DNA of 64,000 nucleotides, from assembly GCF_011386835.1 (NCBI RefSeq), contig NC_088810.1:1488001-1552000 (forward strand). Reading direction: 5' to 3'. Below the pieces are notes generated by a model. That model was not told the DNA's origin. It was given only the letters and a program-made list of their open reading frames with translations, and did no database searches. The position numbers were made by a program, and so were the translations under genes. Source of the DNA: Chrysemys picta bellii. Lineage: Eukaryota. Positions 1 to 11,149 of this stretch are shown piece by piece (position 1 is the first letter of the stretch; the number at the start of each line of letters is the position of its first letter).

Positions 1-309
1 GCCGCGACACCAGGCCTGTGCCCCCCTCGCCCCGAGCCGGAGCCTTCCACTACATCTGCGCTGAATGTGGCCTGGGCTTCGCCTCGCCTGCCTCCCTGGA
101 GGCTCACCGCTGTGAACATGGCTGGCGCCGCAGGCCCCCCGGCCCCGCCCCGCAATAAGGGGCCCCCCGCCCCACCCCGCGAGGCCAATGGCGCCCGGGA
201 CGCCGAGGGAGCAGACGGACCTTACCACTGTACCGAGTGCCCGGGCGAGTTCGGCTTGGTGGCGGATCTGCATGAGCACTACATGCTGCATGCCCGAGGG
301 GAGCTGTAG
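1..309 (+). CDS. ZNF428: 3' end of ZNF428-like C2H2 zinc finger gene (partial; apparent +1 frameshift between ~120 and 155)
   Basis: The terminal finger YHCTECPGEFGLVADLHEHYMLHARGEL* (stop 307-309) matches the human ZNF428 C-terminus as recalled (YHCTECEDSFDNLGELHGHFMLHARGEV). A second canonical finger, CAECGLGFASPASLEAHRCEH, lies in another frame (57-119). AATAAA at 1165-1170. Convergent with ZNF576, as in human 19q13.31. Confidence 0.75.
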   Translation, partial: AATPGLCPPRPEPEPSTTSALNVAWASPRLPPWRLTAVNMAGAAGPPAPPRNKGPPAPPREANGARDAEGADGPYHCTECPGEFGLVADLHEHYMLHARGEL

Positions 310-1602
310 CCCCCTACCTTGCTATGGGGCCGGGGGGTGGGGAAGGTGGGAGTGAGCTGGATGGTGGCAGCGGTGTGATCTGTGGGTTGGACGGTGGAGG
401 CAGTGGGTTCCACAGGCTGGGGGTTGGTGTTTGCGGTGGGATTTGTGGGTTGGATGGTGGCTGGATGGGGATCTGTGGGAGGATAGGAGGGAGCCAGAAT
501 GGTGGCTGAGGTGGGATCCACAGATGAGGATTGGTGGTTGCAGTAGTAGGAGAGAGGATGGTGGGTGTAGTGGGATCGTGAGTTGGGTGATGTTCGCAGT
601 GGTTTCTGCAGGCTGGGGGTTGGTGGCAGTGATGGGATCCAGGGTCCTGAGACAGAAATGGGGGCCGGGGACTCCACCCCCTTCTTTTATTCTAGTTGAT
701 TTGTAGATTTACATGAATCTGACCAGGGCCCCAGCCAGCCTGGCCTCATCTTTGCCTCCGCCCAGAGCGGGGCCTGTTATCCCTCCCAACCTGCCCCCCA
801 GACCTCAGAGAGGGGAGTCCCGGCAATCTCCACTCACCCTTGGGGCTGCAAGATTGTGGAGCTGGAGGGGCCCGGGCCGCCATCCCCACTGCTGCCCGCG
901 AGGGAGGGGAAAAGGCCCCGTCACTCATTTGCTGCCCTTCTGCCCCATGCAGATTAGGCCGGCAGCCACTAAGGTGCCCCTTCCACTAGCCCAGGGGGGG
1001 TTTGGAACCCACCGCCCCCAGGGGGCCGGGTGGGGCAGATCCCGCCCGCACACTCTGTCTGCTTCGCCTTGGAGAGAGCGGGTTGTGGGCAGGCCAGCCA
1101 TCCGCAGAACGATGAATATTAACGAGCTCATTGAAATAGCTGGGGGGTGGGGACCTTGTTTAATAATAAAAGTGATTCTGTATCTCTGCCGTACTCTGTC
1201 CCCTGCGCCGGTGTCTGTCTGGCCTGTGCTGGGTGGGCGGGGCAGGAGCTTGGGGAGGAGGGGGGCTGTCTCCCAGGATGATCGGGGTGAGGACGCGGCC
1301 TGTGCTGTGATGGTTGCACTGATATCATCACGGCATCACCCTGCCGATGGGTGACATCACCTCGCAGGGGTGTGACGTGGGTGGGGACTCTGCATCTGGC
1401 CATCACCCGGCCAAGCTGGGTGACAGGTGGGTGACATCATGGTGCAGGCCTGCGCTGTGGGGGTGATGCCATGCCTGTGACAGCATGTTGCATGTTATTT
1501 AGGGGGGGGGGGGGACCTGGGGCCCTTCCTAGCACTTGGCCTGGTGTCCTGTGGTGCCGGAGCTAAGACTGTTAACAGCTGTAGCGCCTGGCTTCGCTGA
1601 GA

Positions 1603-1760
1603 ACTACAACTCCCAGCATGCACCTTGCTGGGGCATTGTTCTGTGGTGAGAACTACAACTTGCCACTCGCCCAGCCTTTGCTCCTCTGCAAGAACTTCAA
1701 CTCCCAGAATGCATTTGGTTTGGTCATTTCTCCACTAAGAACTACAGCACCCAGCATGCA
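1603..1760 (+). promoter_or_regulatory. Cluster of four ZNF143/THAP11-type ACTACA-TCCCAGCATGC motifs
   Basis: ACTACAACTCCCAGCATGCA at 1603, ACTACAAC at 1652, ACTTCAACTCCCAGAATGCA at 1694, ACTACAGCACCCAGCATGCA at 1741. Confidence 0.55.
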
Positions 1761-1937
1761 TGTGGTTGGGGCATTGTGCCTGAGAATAAGAGCTTGTCAT
1801 GGGGGTGGGGGTCAGCCGCTCAGGGGGGGCGAGACTGCCCTCCGGGAGGGAGGGGGAATACTTGCCCCAGGGGGCCCTGCAGCACCAGCTCGGGGTGCAA
1901 GACAGAGGGGCTGGAGAACGGGACAGGGGCCCTTTCC

Positions 1938-1951
1938 CCTCTAGGGGGCGC
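1938..1951 (+). promoter_or_regulatory. CTCF core motif
   Basis: CCTCTAGGGGGCGC, 13/14 match to CCASYAGRKGGCRS. Confidence 0.45.
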
Positions 1952-4355
1952 TGGCGCCCATCTGGGACACCATAGGCTGTGTGTCTAATTCATCTCCCCC
2001 TGCCCAATCCCAGGACTCCAGCCAGCCCCCCCCCCCCTCCACTGGATGTGCCCCTGGCCCAGGATATGCCCTGGGAGATAGCGGCTAGGGGTGGCCCTGG
2101 GTGAGCCGCTTGGGGGAGGGGGGGCAGGGGAGGCTGGATGGGACCGTGGGGCGAGACATGGGGCCAAGGCCACACATCTGGGGCAGAGCTTCCAGCGACT
2201 GAGCCACCCACTGCTGACCCCTCAGCTTGTCACTGTTCCGCTGGCTGCCCACCCCATGGCCAAGGCGCCCTCTGGGCTGCCCCATGCCCCCAAAGGGAGG
2301 AGGGACTGAGGGGGCTGGGGCCTAGGGCTTGTCGCTCTGTGGGACTCATGTAGGGCCCGGGCCCTACAGGAAGCCCTTGGTCCTATATAGCACTTCAGGG
2401 CCGAGGCCCCCCTGCACTATAGCCCCAGTGCAAGGGCAGGGCCTGTGGGTGCAGTGACCAAGTCGTGAAACCCTCCCTCACGGTTACAGAGGGGCCTGGG
2501 GCCCGTCCGCACACAGTCTGGGAGCATCACAGCCCTGGGGCTGCAGCTCCAGAGAGATGGGGGTGGGAGAAGCTGGAGTCACAGCCCAGAGGCCCCCCGG
2601 CTTGTGGGGGGACAGTTTCAGCCCCATGGGCTGCGCGAAGCAGCAGAAGCAATGAGACCAAACCTGGGATCGGTACAAGGTCAAGAACAGAAAAGAAACC
2701 GCCCCGAGAGTTTTTCTTTAGGGGGTAGAAGGTGGGTCAACTGGAGGGGCACCAGCTAAGCTGGTGGAGCAGGGCTGGGATTGAGGGGCACCCACAGGGG
2801 GTGGGGGGCAAGGCTGGGCCTCATGGAACATTTTGATTGGCTGCAGTTGAGATGGTAGGGGGGGAAGAGCAGTTTGTGACAGGAAGTGAAGCTGCGTCCT
2901 GGACCATCCCCATTCCTCAGCATCCCAGGCCATTGTCTCAACACACAGATCAGCTGAGTGGGGTCCTGGTGCCCTGGCCCGTGTCACCGCCACTGCCCCG
3001 CTGTGGGGCAGGAGTTCTCGCTGCATCCCAGCCCCCCACGCTGCAGCCAGCCCCCCTTCCTCTGATTTTGAAATCAGGCTTTGCAGTTCCTACGCGTCCC
3101 CAGCAGCTGAAGGCAGAGCCTTTCCCATTCCCCCAACCCTGGGGCTACATGCCCATGGCTCCTTGTAGCCTTCCCCTGCCCTGCAGCCAGCCCCGCCTGG
3201 CTCCAGCCCGCCCCAGGAGACAGACACCCTGTCCTGTGCTCAGCTTCCATCTCTTTATTGTTTCCATATGAAAAAATAGGACCGTCTCCTCCCCCCAGTG
3301 CCCCCGCACGGCCCCGCAGCCTGGTATGGGAGCCCGGCTCTCCTCAACACCCCACATCTCCTCCCTTCCACTCCACACTGCCCCCAAAAACTTCCTTCCC
3401 ATGGCTGCCCAGCTCCGCCCCGAAGCAGTGAAGATGCACGCCCCCTTGGGGAGCAGGCAAGTGCCCCTGGCAGCGGGTCTGGGACCCCTACAGCACTGGG
3501 CAGTTATACTGGTACAACCGGGCTTATAGTGGCTGTAGGGGTAGACTGGTGTAACGGCCCTTCGTATTGGATTAAGTGCCTCTGTGCCAGGGGCTGCACT
3601 GGGATAACTCTAACAGGGTGAAAGTCACCCCAGCGCTGACACAGTTTACCGGGACAAGCTCTGGGTCCAGCTCCGCTCGGGAAGTCAGAGAGATCCCGCC
3701 ACACTGCAGGGTAACGGGGACCAGACACGGGCTCCGGAAAGCTCCCCCCTGCCCCCAACACAGAAAGGTCCTCTCCCGCCAGGACTCCAGCCTCCACCCG
3801 GGCTAGAGAGTGATGGTCGGTGCCGTGGAGGGCTCGGTGCTTGGCTGCAGGGGAGGCGCAAGGCGTTTATGGGAGGAAGAGCAGGGTGTGGAGAGAGATG
3901 CTGTGGGGTGCGTGTCGCAGACGGACACGGACACAGGGGGATGGGGGGGCGTGTTTCAGATGGCAGCCCCCTGAGACGGCCAGCCCTCCTGCCCTGGGAC
4001 CGGATAGGAGCCCGTGCTCCCTAGAGGGGACAGGCCCGGTGCCCATTCGCCGTCCCCCTGAGCTAGCCAATCCCCCACCTTGGGGCTGGATGGGAGCTGG
4101 CACCCTCTAGAGGGGAAAGGCCCCATGTCCTGCTCCATCCAATCCGCTCAGTTCCGTCAATGTCCTTCCAGTCCCATTCTAGCTCGACTTCCTGCCAGGT
4201 GGCGCCTGCTGTCCCAGCTCCCAGAGCTGATTGGAGTGGGCTTGGTGGCAGAAGAGGGGGCATCCTGCTGCAGTCCCAGCTCTCCCCACTGGGGCTGGAG
4301 GGGGCGCTAGAGCTCCTGGGGCGGCACCAGAGCCCTCAGGCCGCGGCGTGGGGCG

Positions 4356-5404
4356 CTAGAGCTCGCCACGGGCATGCCGGATGTAGTGTTCGTGCAGGCC
4401 GGCCTCCTGGGTGAAGCTCTCGCCGCACTCCGTGCAGGAGTAGGGGCGGGAGGGCAGCAGCTCCAGGGGGCGCTGGTGGGAGGCCTGGTTGGCGGCGCAG
4501 GTTGGAGAGTTGGCGGAAGCTCTTGCCGCAGTCGGGGCACTGGTGGGGCAGGCTGCGGCCGGCGGCGTGGCCCAGCCGGTGGCGCTGGTAGTTGGCCAGC
4601 TGGCCGAAGCGGCGGCCGCAGTCAGAGCACTCGAAGGCGGGGCGCAGGCAGTCGGGGCAGTCGGGGGGCGGGGCGGGGGCGTGCCCACGCTGGTGGCAGA
4701 TGAGGGCGCGGGAACTCTCGAAGGGCTTGCTGCAGATGAAGCAGACGAAGAGGGCGTCGCGCAGATTCTCCTGCACAAAGTCCTCGGGGTGCTCCCGCTT
4801 CATGTGCCGCTCCTTGAACTTCTCGTCCGGGAAGGTGATCAGGCAGTGGAAGCACTGGTTGGAACCCAGGCGATCTGGGGGGGCGAGGGAGAGCTCAAGG
4901 CTCCAGCCTTGGCTGACCCCCACCCCGAACTCCATGCCCAGCCTGGGCTCCCCACGCCACCCGCCTCCCCCCGCCGCCGGGATCCCTAACTCCTTCTGAG
5001 CTGCATACCCCGGTGGTGGGGAGGGGGAACGGGGCTGCCCTCCCCGAGGGAAGGGCTGGGAGTCCTGGCATTGCGGGGATCTGGAAGGCAGGGTGCAGTT
5101 CCCCATGGGAAGGGCCAGGAGCCCCAGTGCTATGGCGTTTAAAGCCCTAGAGAACAGACACAGGAAATGGCAGTGACCACCTCCGGTACTTACAGACAGG
5201 GCTGTTGCTGGAAGAGGCCTTGACCTTCCCCTCGGGGCTGGGCCGGGCGGGTTCATCCTCGATGCAGATCGGCTCCAGGTCGGAGCTGGGGCACCGTGTC
5301 CGGGCCGGGGTAGCCTCCTGCTTGGCAGGGAGCGCAGGCCGCGCTGGGATCTCCTGCGGGAGCGGTTCAGCCAGGGGCTGCTTCTCGGCTGTGACTTCAG
5401 ACAT
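4356..5404 (-). CDS. ZNF576: ZNF576 (coding exons 5404-5194 and 4874-4356; five C2H2 fingers if a 1-bp insertion at 4489/4490 is removed)
   Basis: CFHCLITFPDEKFKERHMKREHPEDFV...LFVCFICSKPFESSRALICHQRGH and terminal CTECGESFTQEAGLHEHYIRHARGEL* match recalled human ZNF576. The GTAAGT donor (5193) and CAG acceptor (4876/5) are phase-1 compatible. Total 730 nt = 3n+1. Likely non-coding exon 1 ends at 6217 (GTGAG). AATAAA on - at 3254-3259. Confidence 0.9.
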
Positions 5405-6505
5405 CTTTTCTCTGCGAGGGGAGGGGCGAGTTGTGTGAGAGCACACCCTCCCGCCAGATCAGCTCCATCAGCCCAGCTAGCCCCATATCCTGTCCCCCCG
5501 GGCTCAGACCCACCTAGGCCCCTATCCAGCCCCTCCCTGCTGCCCCAGATCAGCTTGGTATCCCCTTCTTTGGATTAGCCCCATGTTTCTTTCTTTCACT
5601 CTAGGTTTCTTTGCCCCACACCATGAAACACCTCAGCTTCCATAGGGCCCCTCACTGCAGTGTCTCAGCCCTCACTCCGCCCACCCCATTTCCTCCCATC
5701 GCTCCCCCCAAGGAGCCCCCTCCTGTCCAACCCTCTCTCTCCATGCAACCCCCAGCTGTCCCCCCCATGTGGGCCAAAAGCTCCCCACACGAAGCCATTA
5801 CTGCCTGAGGACTCCTCCCCCCAGGCCCACCCTCCCCATGGAGGCCCTCCCATTTTCCCCCCCCCTACAGATCCTTCCCCCTCCCCTCCCCTTGAGCCCC
5901 CCAAACTCTCCTCAACTCTTCCCATGGACCCCTCCTCTCCCCCCTCCCAGGGAGTCCTCGTCATCTAAATCCTCATGGAGCCCCCAACCCCTCCCCCCAC
6001 AACACAAAGCTACCTCTCCCCATGGCCCCTTTCCCCCCGACCCTCATATGCAGCCTCCCAACCCCCCCCCCCAGCCAGATCCCCATGGGACCCCTCCCCC
6101 ACCTCCCCACAATGGAGACCCCCCCCTCAGCCACCCCTCCCCCCACGGACCCCCTCAGCCACCCCTCCCCCCACCTCCCAGCCACCCCCCATGGAGACGC
6201 CCCTGTCACCCCTCACCTCTCTCCCTCTCCCTTCTCCTCCCTCGCCTGCTTCGCCTTCCTGTTTCCGATGCCCACCCAGCCAGGACCCCTCCCTGTTTCC
6301 GCTGGGGCTGCCCCTGCCCGCGCCTGATCTAAACTACCGGCCCCCGGGCCTGCTCCCTTCCCTTCCCCTCTTACCCCCATCTGGGCTCCCTCCCCCCAAC
6401 CCCGCCCCCGGATATGAGCAATTTTAATCAGGCATTCATTCGGGCAACCCAAAAGACGGGGGGACGCGGGGTCCTTCTGTCCCCAGCGTCGCGCTACTGC
6501 GGCAG

Positions 6506-6693
6506 GCGCATGCGCGTTGGGAAAGGCGCGTGGCGAAGTGGACTGCGCATGCGCGACCTAGATCGTGTACTCTGGGTCCGACGGTGCGCATGCGTATAGG
6601 TTCTCTCAATGCGTTTCAGCAACGATGCTACGACGAAAGGTCTGCGCATGCGCGATACTGGGAGGCGGGGCACTACAATGATGCGCATGCGCA
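6506..6693. promoter_or_regulatory. CpG-rich ZNF576 promoter with five NRF1 palindromes
   Basis: GCGCATGCG motifs at 6506, 6544, 6585, 6643 and 6682, immediately upstream of the inferred ZNF576 first exon. Confidence 0.8.
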
Positions 6694-6879
6694 GGCCGCC
6701 AGGACGCTTCCCCAATGAGGCGGGGTGACAATTCAGGGGCAGCAGCAGGTTGCGGGCTCCTGCGGGAGGCGACCCACCATGATATCCCAGGGTGCACCGG
6801 GGCACGGAGAGGCCTATTCCCAGCGAGCACAGAGGCATCCACCCCCCACGTTCCCATGATGCACCAGGGAGTGGAGAGC

Positions 6880-7330
6880 CCCCTATTCCCAGCATGCACT
6901 GGGGTCTGGAGAGCCCTAACTTCCCAGCATGCACTGGGGGGTGCAGAGCCCCAACTTCCTAGCATGCACTGGGGGGTGCAGAGCCCCAACTTCCCAGCAT
7001 GCACTGGGGTCTGGAGAGCCCCAACTTCCCAGCATGCACTGGGGGGGTGCAGAGCCCCAACTTCCCAGCATGCACTGGGGGGGGGTGCAGAGCCCTAACT
7101 TCCCAGCATGCACTGGGGGGGGGGGGTGCAGAGCCCCACATTCCCAGAGTGCACTGGGGTGTTCAGAGCCCCAAATTCCCAGCATGCTCTGGGGCATGGA
7201 GATCCCCAACTTCCCAGGGTTTACTGGGGTGTTCAGCGCCTCAAATTCCCATGATGCACCAGGGAGAGGAGTGCCCCATATTCCCAGAATGCACTGGGGT
7301 GTTCAGCGCCTCAAATTCCCAGGGTGCAGT
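6880..7330 (+). repeat. ~37-41-bp minisatellite whose unit contains a ZNF143 (SBS) motif
   Basis: About 10 units of agagccccAACTTCCCAGCATGCACTGGGgg; the core TTCCCAGCATGCACTG fits the Staf/ZNF143 consensus. Confidence 0.8.
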
Positions 7331-7620
7331 GGGACATGCAGGGCTGTGCTGCAGGGTGGAGGTCAGCCAGGGCGCCCCCTTTCCTCTCCCAGGCCGGGCT
7401 GGCCCCAGCGTGGCCCTGCGCTGCCAGCAGTGCCCATTCAGCAGCCGCGCTTTCATCAGCAGAGTTTCCCATCAACACAGAGCAAAGGTCCTGTCCGGGT
7501 CTCCCTTTTATTTCTGATTGAAGGAAAACAGACAAGAAAGAACTAATACAAAGTCTGCGCTGCGGAGGGCCCAGTGTGTGTGTCCCTGGCTAGAACATCA
7601 GCCTCGCTGAGCTCAGCAGG

Positions 7621-7635
7621 GCGCCCCCTAGGCGG
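7621..7635 (-). promoter_or_regulatory. CTCF-like motif
   Basis: Reverse complement is CCGCCTAGGGGGCGC (12/14 core match). Confidence 0.35.
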
Positions 7636-7849
7636 GCAGGTCGCCCGTTATTCTGACAAGTGCGGGACACAGGAAAAAACCATGCAATGCCACAGCTATA
7701 TAACCACACTCCGCTAATGCAGCAGCAACCCCTGTGTCACAGCCGCCCTGGCTGGAATTCAGCACCACATACACAGCCCCCGAGCCCGCCTCAGAGGGGG
7801 CTGCATCTCCGCGCTGGGGGAGGAAACACTCTACAAACAGCCCCTCCCC

Positions 7850-10567
7850 CTACTCCTTGGCATGGGCTTGGTGCAGCATCCGCTCTGCGTCCTCCGTCAT
7901 CTCTGCCAGGGCCTGTGTCAGCAGCCTGTAGGTGGCCTCCAGGGAGATCTCAGGCTGCCCCTCGGCCCCGCGGCCCCAGTAGGGCACAAAGTTCCACATT
8001 CGGGAGGAGAAGGGCGCTGGCTTAGTGATCTGCTTCAGCACCTGCTCCGGGTCCAGCCGCTTGACCCAGGGGCTCCGGATCTCGGCCTGGAGCAGCCCGG
8101 CCGGCTTCCCTGTGGCTTTGGCCACCTGGGCCAAGGACTCCTCGTCCAGGCCCAGCTCGATGGAGAAAGCCGAGATTGTGTCGACGAGGCTGGTGGCCAC
8201 ATCCGGGCCAGGTTTCTCTGCGTAGTACAGGCAGGTATTCAGGGTCTTGCCCCAGACGTCCTTCATCAGCGCCTTGCTCTTCCTCCTCACCAGGCGGCTC
8301 AAGGCCACGGGGATGGCCTTCTCCAGTGCCTCCCTCTTCAAGGCTGGGGCATCGCTCTCCAGGGCCGCCCGGAGGGCCGGCAGGTCGTAGGCCTCGCGGA
8401 GAAGGCTGGAGACGAGGAAGACCCTGGGGGAGCCCACGCCGTCCTTCTGGAGGGCATCCACACAGCTGCTCCGGATCTCCTCCAAGGGGCCGGGCTCGGG
8501 GCCGGGCTCAGAGCCGGGCTGGGCGTCCACATCCACCTTGGTCCTGATGAAGAAGAACCGCTTCCCGGCCGCGCTGATGGCCCGGGCGAGCTGGCTCTGG
8601 GCGTGGCGGTAGCGCTCCGAGGCCGTCAGCAGGAAGAAGTCGTAACGGGACAGATCCAGCCGCCCCACGTCCTCCTCCGTTACCCCCACTCCCGGCAAGT
8701 CCCACAGATACAGGCCAGGCACGGTGGGGTGGGCGTAAGCTGTGGCTTTCCGGGTGGTGGCCATCACCCCCGTGGGTGCTGCCTCTGGCTCCCCGCAGCC
8801 CACCCCCCTCAGAGCGTTCACCAGCGCCGACTTGCCCGAGCCAGCCTCCCCCAGCACTGCCACGTCCAGCCGGATCTGCGAGGGCTCCTCCAGCGCCGAG
8901 CGGATGATGGCAGGCACCCCTGCCAGTCCCCCCGTGGCACAGGCCTGGTACAGCTCTTGGGTCTTCCTCGTGTTCACAGCCCTCAGGTCGTCCAGCTCCC
9001 CGTCCTGGGCCCTGCACAGAGAGGACGGGACGGGGGGATTGGAGCCCCTCTGCTGAGCTTTGGGTAGAGAGGAAGCTTGTACCTGGTGTCACTGGAACCC
9101 AGGACACTTGGGGTCTGGTCCCAGCTCAGCCACAGACACCCTGTGAGTCACTGCCTCTCTCTGGGCCTCAGTTTCCCCACCTGTATGTAGGAGAAGGAGC
9201 CTTCTTTTGTCTATGCAGAATGGAAGCTCCACCTCTTAGAGGATGTGGGGCAGGGACTGGGGCTTGGGCGGGGTCTATGCAGCGCCCCATAGCGGAGCCC
9301 CTGTTCTCGAGCGGGGTCTATGCAGCGCCCGGCACAATGCAGCACTTAGTGTGATGGGGCCCCGCAATACCCAGTGGGGAAGTTTCACTGCAGTTTCTGT
9401 TAAAAAGCTGATTTTTCAAAGTGCTGTAAAATTTCCCCCACTCCCCTCCCAGAGCCAGAACCCAGGAGTCCTGGCTCCCGGCCCACCTGCTCTGACCCAC
9501 TAGACCCCACTCCCCTCCCAGAGCTGGGGAGAGAACCCAGGAGTCCTGGCTCCCGGCCCCCCTGCTCTGACCCGCTAGACCCCACTCCCCTCCCAAAGCT
9601 GGGGAGAGAACCCGGGAGTCCTGGCTCCCGGCCCCCCTGCTCTGACCCGCTAGACCCCACTCCCCTCCCAGAGCTGGGGAGAGAACCCGGGAGTCCTGGC
9701 TCCTGGCCCCCCCTGCTCTGACCTGCTAGACCCCACTCCGCTCCCAGAGCTGGGGAGAGAACCCAGGAGTCCTGGCTCCCGGCCCCCCTGCTCTGACCCG
9801 CTAGACCCCACTCCCCTCCCAGAGCTGGGGAGAGAACCCAGGAGTCCTGGCTCCTAGCCCCGCTCCACTCACCTCTTCAGCTGGATTAGCTCCTCCTCCA
9901 GTTTGTCCTGGAACTGGCTGAACTGGTACCTGTCCGTCTCCAGGGCCGAGACCAGGAAAACCCTGTTGGGCTCCAGCCTGTTCTTGGCCAGCACCTCGGC
10001 CACCCCGTTCCGGGCCAGCGCCAGCGCCTCGGCCGAGCTGTACCGGGCCTGGAACCGCCGCTTGGCCGTGTGCAAGTCCAGGTCCACCTTGGTGCGCACC
10101 ACGTAGTAGGGCTTCCGCTTCTGCTGGAAGGCCTTGAGGAGCTGCAGGTGGGGATCTGCCGGGCTTCCCTCGGCCACCACCAGCACCAGGCAGGTGAACT
10201 TCCCCAGGTCCCCCAGCCGCTTCGTGTAGTCGCCCGGCTTCTCCGGCTCCTGGAAGCCCGGGAGATCCCACAGTGCCAGGTTGGGGTAGGTGGGGTGGGT
10301 GTAGCCGGCCGGCTGCCCCGGGGGTTCCGGCGCCTGCTGGAAGAAGGCCTGGGCGTTGTCCAGGCCGGGGCGTTCTCCCACGAGGGCGTGGATCAGCGTG
10401 GTGACCCCGGCGGCCCGGCGGCCCACCACAGCCACGTCGACCTTCAGGGTGTTGACCGAATCCACCAGGGCCTGGAGGCGGGCGGCGGCCGTGACGGGGT
10501 CGTGGGCTTCGTAGCGGGTCCGCAGCTCCCGGAGGAAAGCGTCATCCAAGCCCACCGGGGCTGCCAT
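7850..10567 (-). CDS. Tandem double-domain immunity-related GTPase (IRGQ/IRGC family), 618 aa; coding exons 10567-9873 and 9011-7850
   Basis: GCCATGG start after an acceptor at 10578/7. The donor AG|GTGAGT (9872) and acceptor TGCAG|G (9013/2) join in phase 2 (Arg); 695+1162 = 1857 nt. Domain 1 motifs: GRRAAGVT, LWDLPG, TKVD. Domain 2 motifs: GEAGSGKS, TGVMATT, LWDLPG, TKVD. AATAAA on - at 7507-7512. Confidence 0.88.
9110..9190 (+). mobile_element. CORE-SINE (MIR-like) fragment
   Basis: The segment ctctctgggcctcagtttccccacctgta is the CORE-SINE hallmark. Similar cores occur near 29950, 35140, 42395, 46040 and 49655. Confidence 0.6.
9440..9860 (-). repeat. Array of ~74-bp tRNA/SINE-head-like repeat in the IRG intron
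   Basis: About 5-6 units of ggagccaggactcctgggttctctccccagctctgggaggggagtggggtctag...gagcag on the - strand. Confidence 0.9.
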
Positions 10568-10981
10568 GGCCCACCGCTGCGAGGGGAAGAAAGCTGGAGT
10601 CAGGACTCCTGGGTTCTCTCCCCGGCTCGGGGAGGGGAGTGTGGGCTGGTGGTTAGAGACGGGGCCAGGACGCCTGGGTTCTCTGGGGGAGACGGGGGGT
10701 CAGGACGCCTGGGTTCTCAGGGGAAGGGGGGAGACAGGACCCCTGGGTTCTGGGGGGGTGATGGTGGTTGGGGGGGGACCAGGACGCCTGGGTTCTTGGG
10801 GGGGGGGGGGGGCTGGGAGCCAGGACGCCTGGGTTCTCTGGGGGAGACGGGGGGGTCAGGACGCCTGGGTTCTCAGGGGAAGGGGGGAGACAGGACCCCT
10901 GGGTTCTGGGGGGGTGATGGTGGTTGAGGGGGGGGACACCAGGACGCCTGGGTTCTCGGGGGGGGGGGTCCAGCCGCTCAC

Positions 10982-11126
10982 CCGCAGTGGGTCCCTCCCG
11001 GCCGATGGCTCCAGGCCCAGTGACAGCGGGGCCGGGAAATAGAAACCGACGCGGCGGCTCCTCCCCGCGGGGGCCGGGCCGGGCCGGGCCGGAGGGGGAG
11101 GAACCGGGAGAGACGCCGGCGGAGCC
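10982..11126. promoter_or_regulatory. Bidirectional GC/CpG-rich promoter and first exons of the two IRG genes, with an ISRE at 11034-11047
   Basis: Outward-facing donors: GTGAGC on - (10981) and GTGAGT on + (11127). GGGAAATAGAAACC fits the ISRE/IRF consensus GAAANNGAAAC. Confidence 0.75.
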
Positions 11127-11149
11127 GTGAGTGCGGGAGGGAGCGATCG

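Noticed and set aside
7862-9067. 401-aa + strand ORF, and similar ORFs at 10070-10927, 13455-14402 and 13595-14713
   Set aside because: These are antisense or off-frame shadows of GC-rich IRG coding sequence, with no domain signature.
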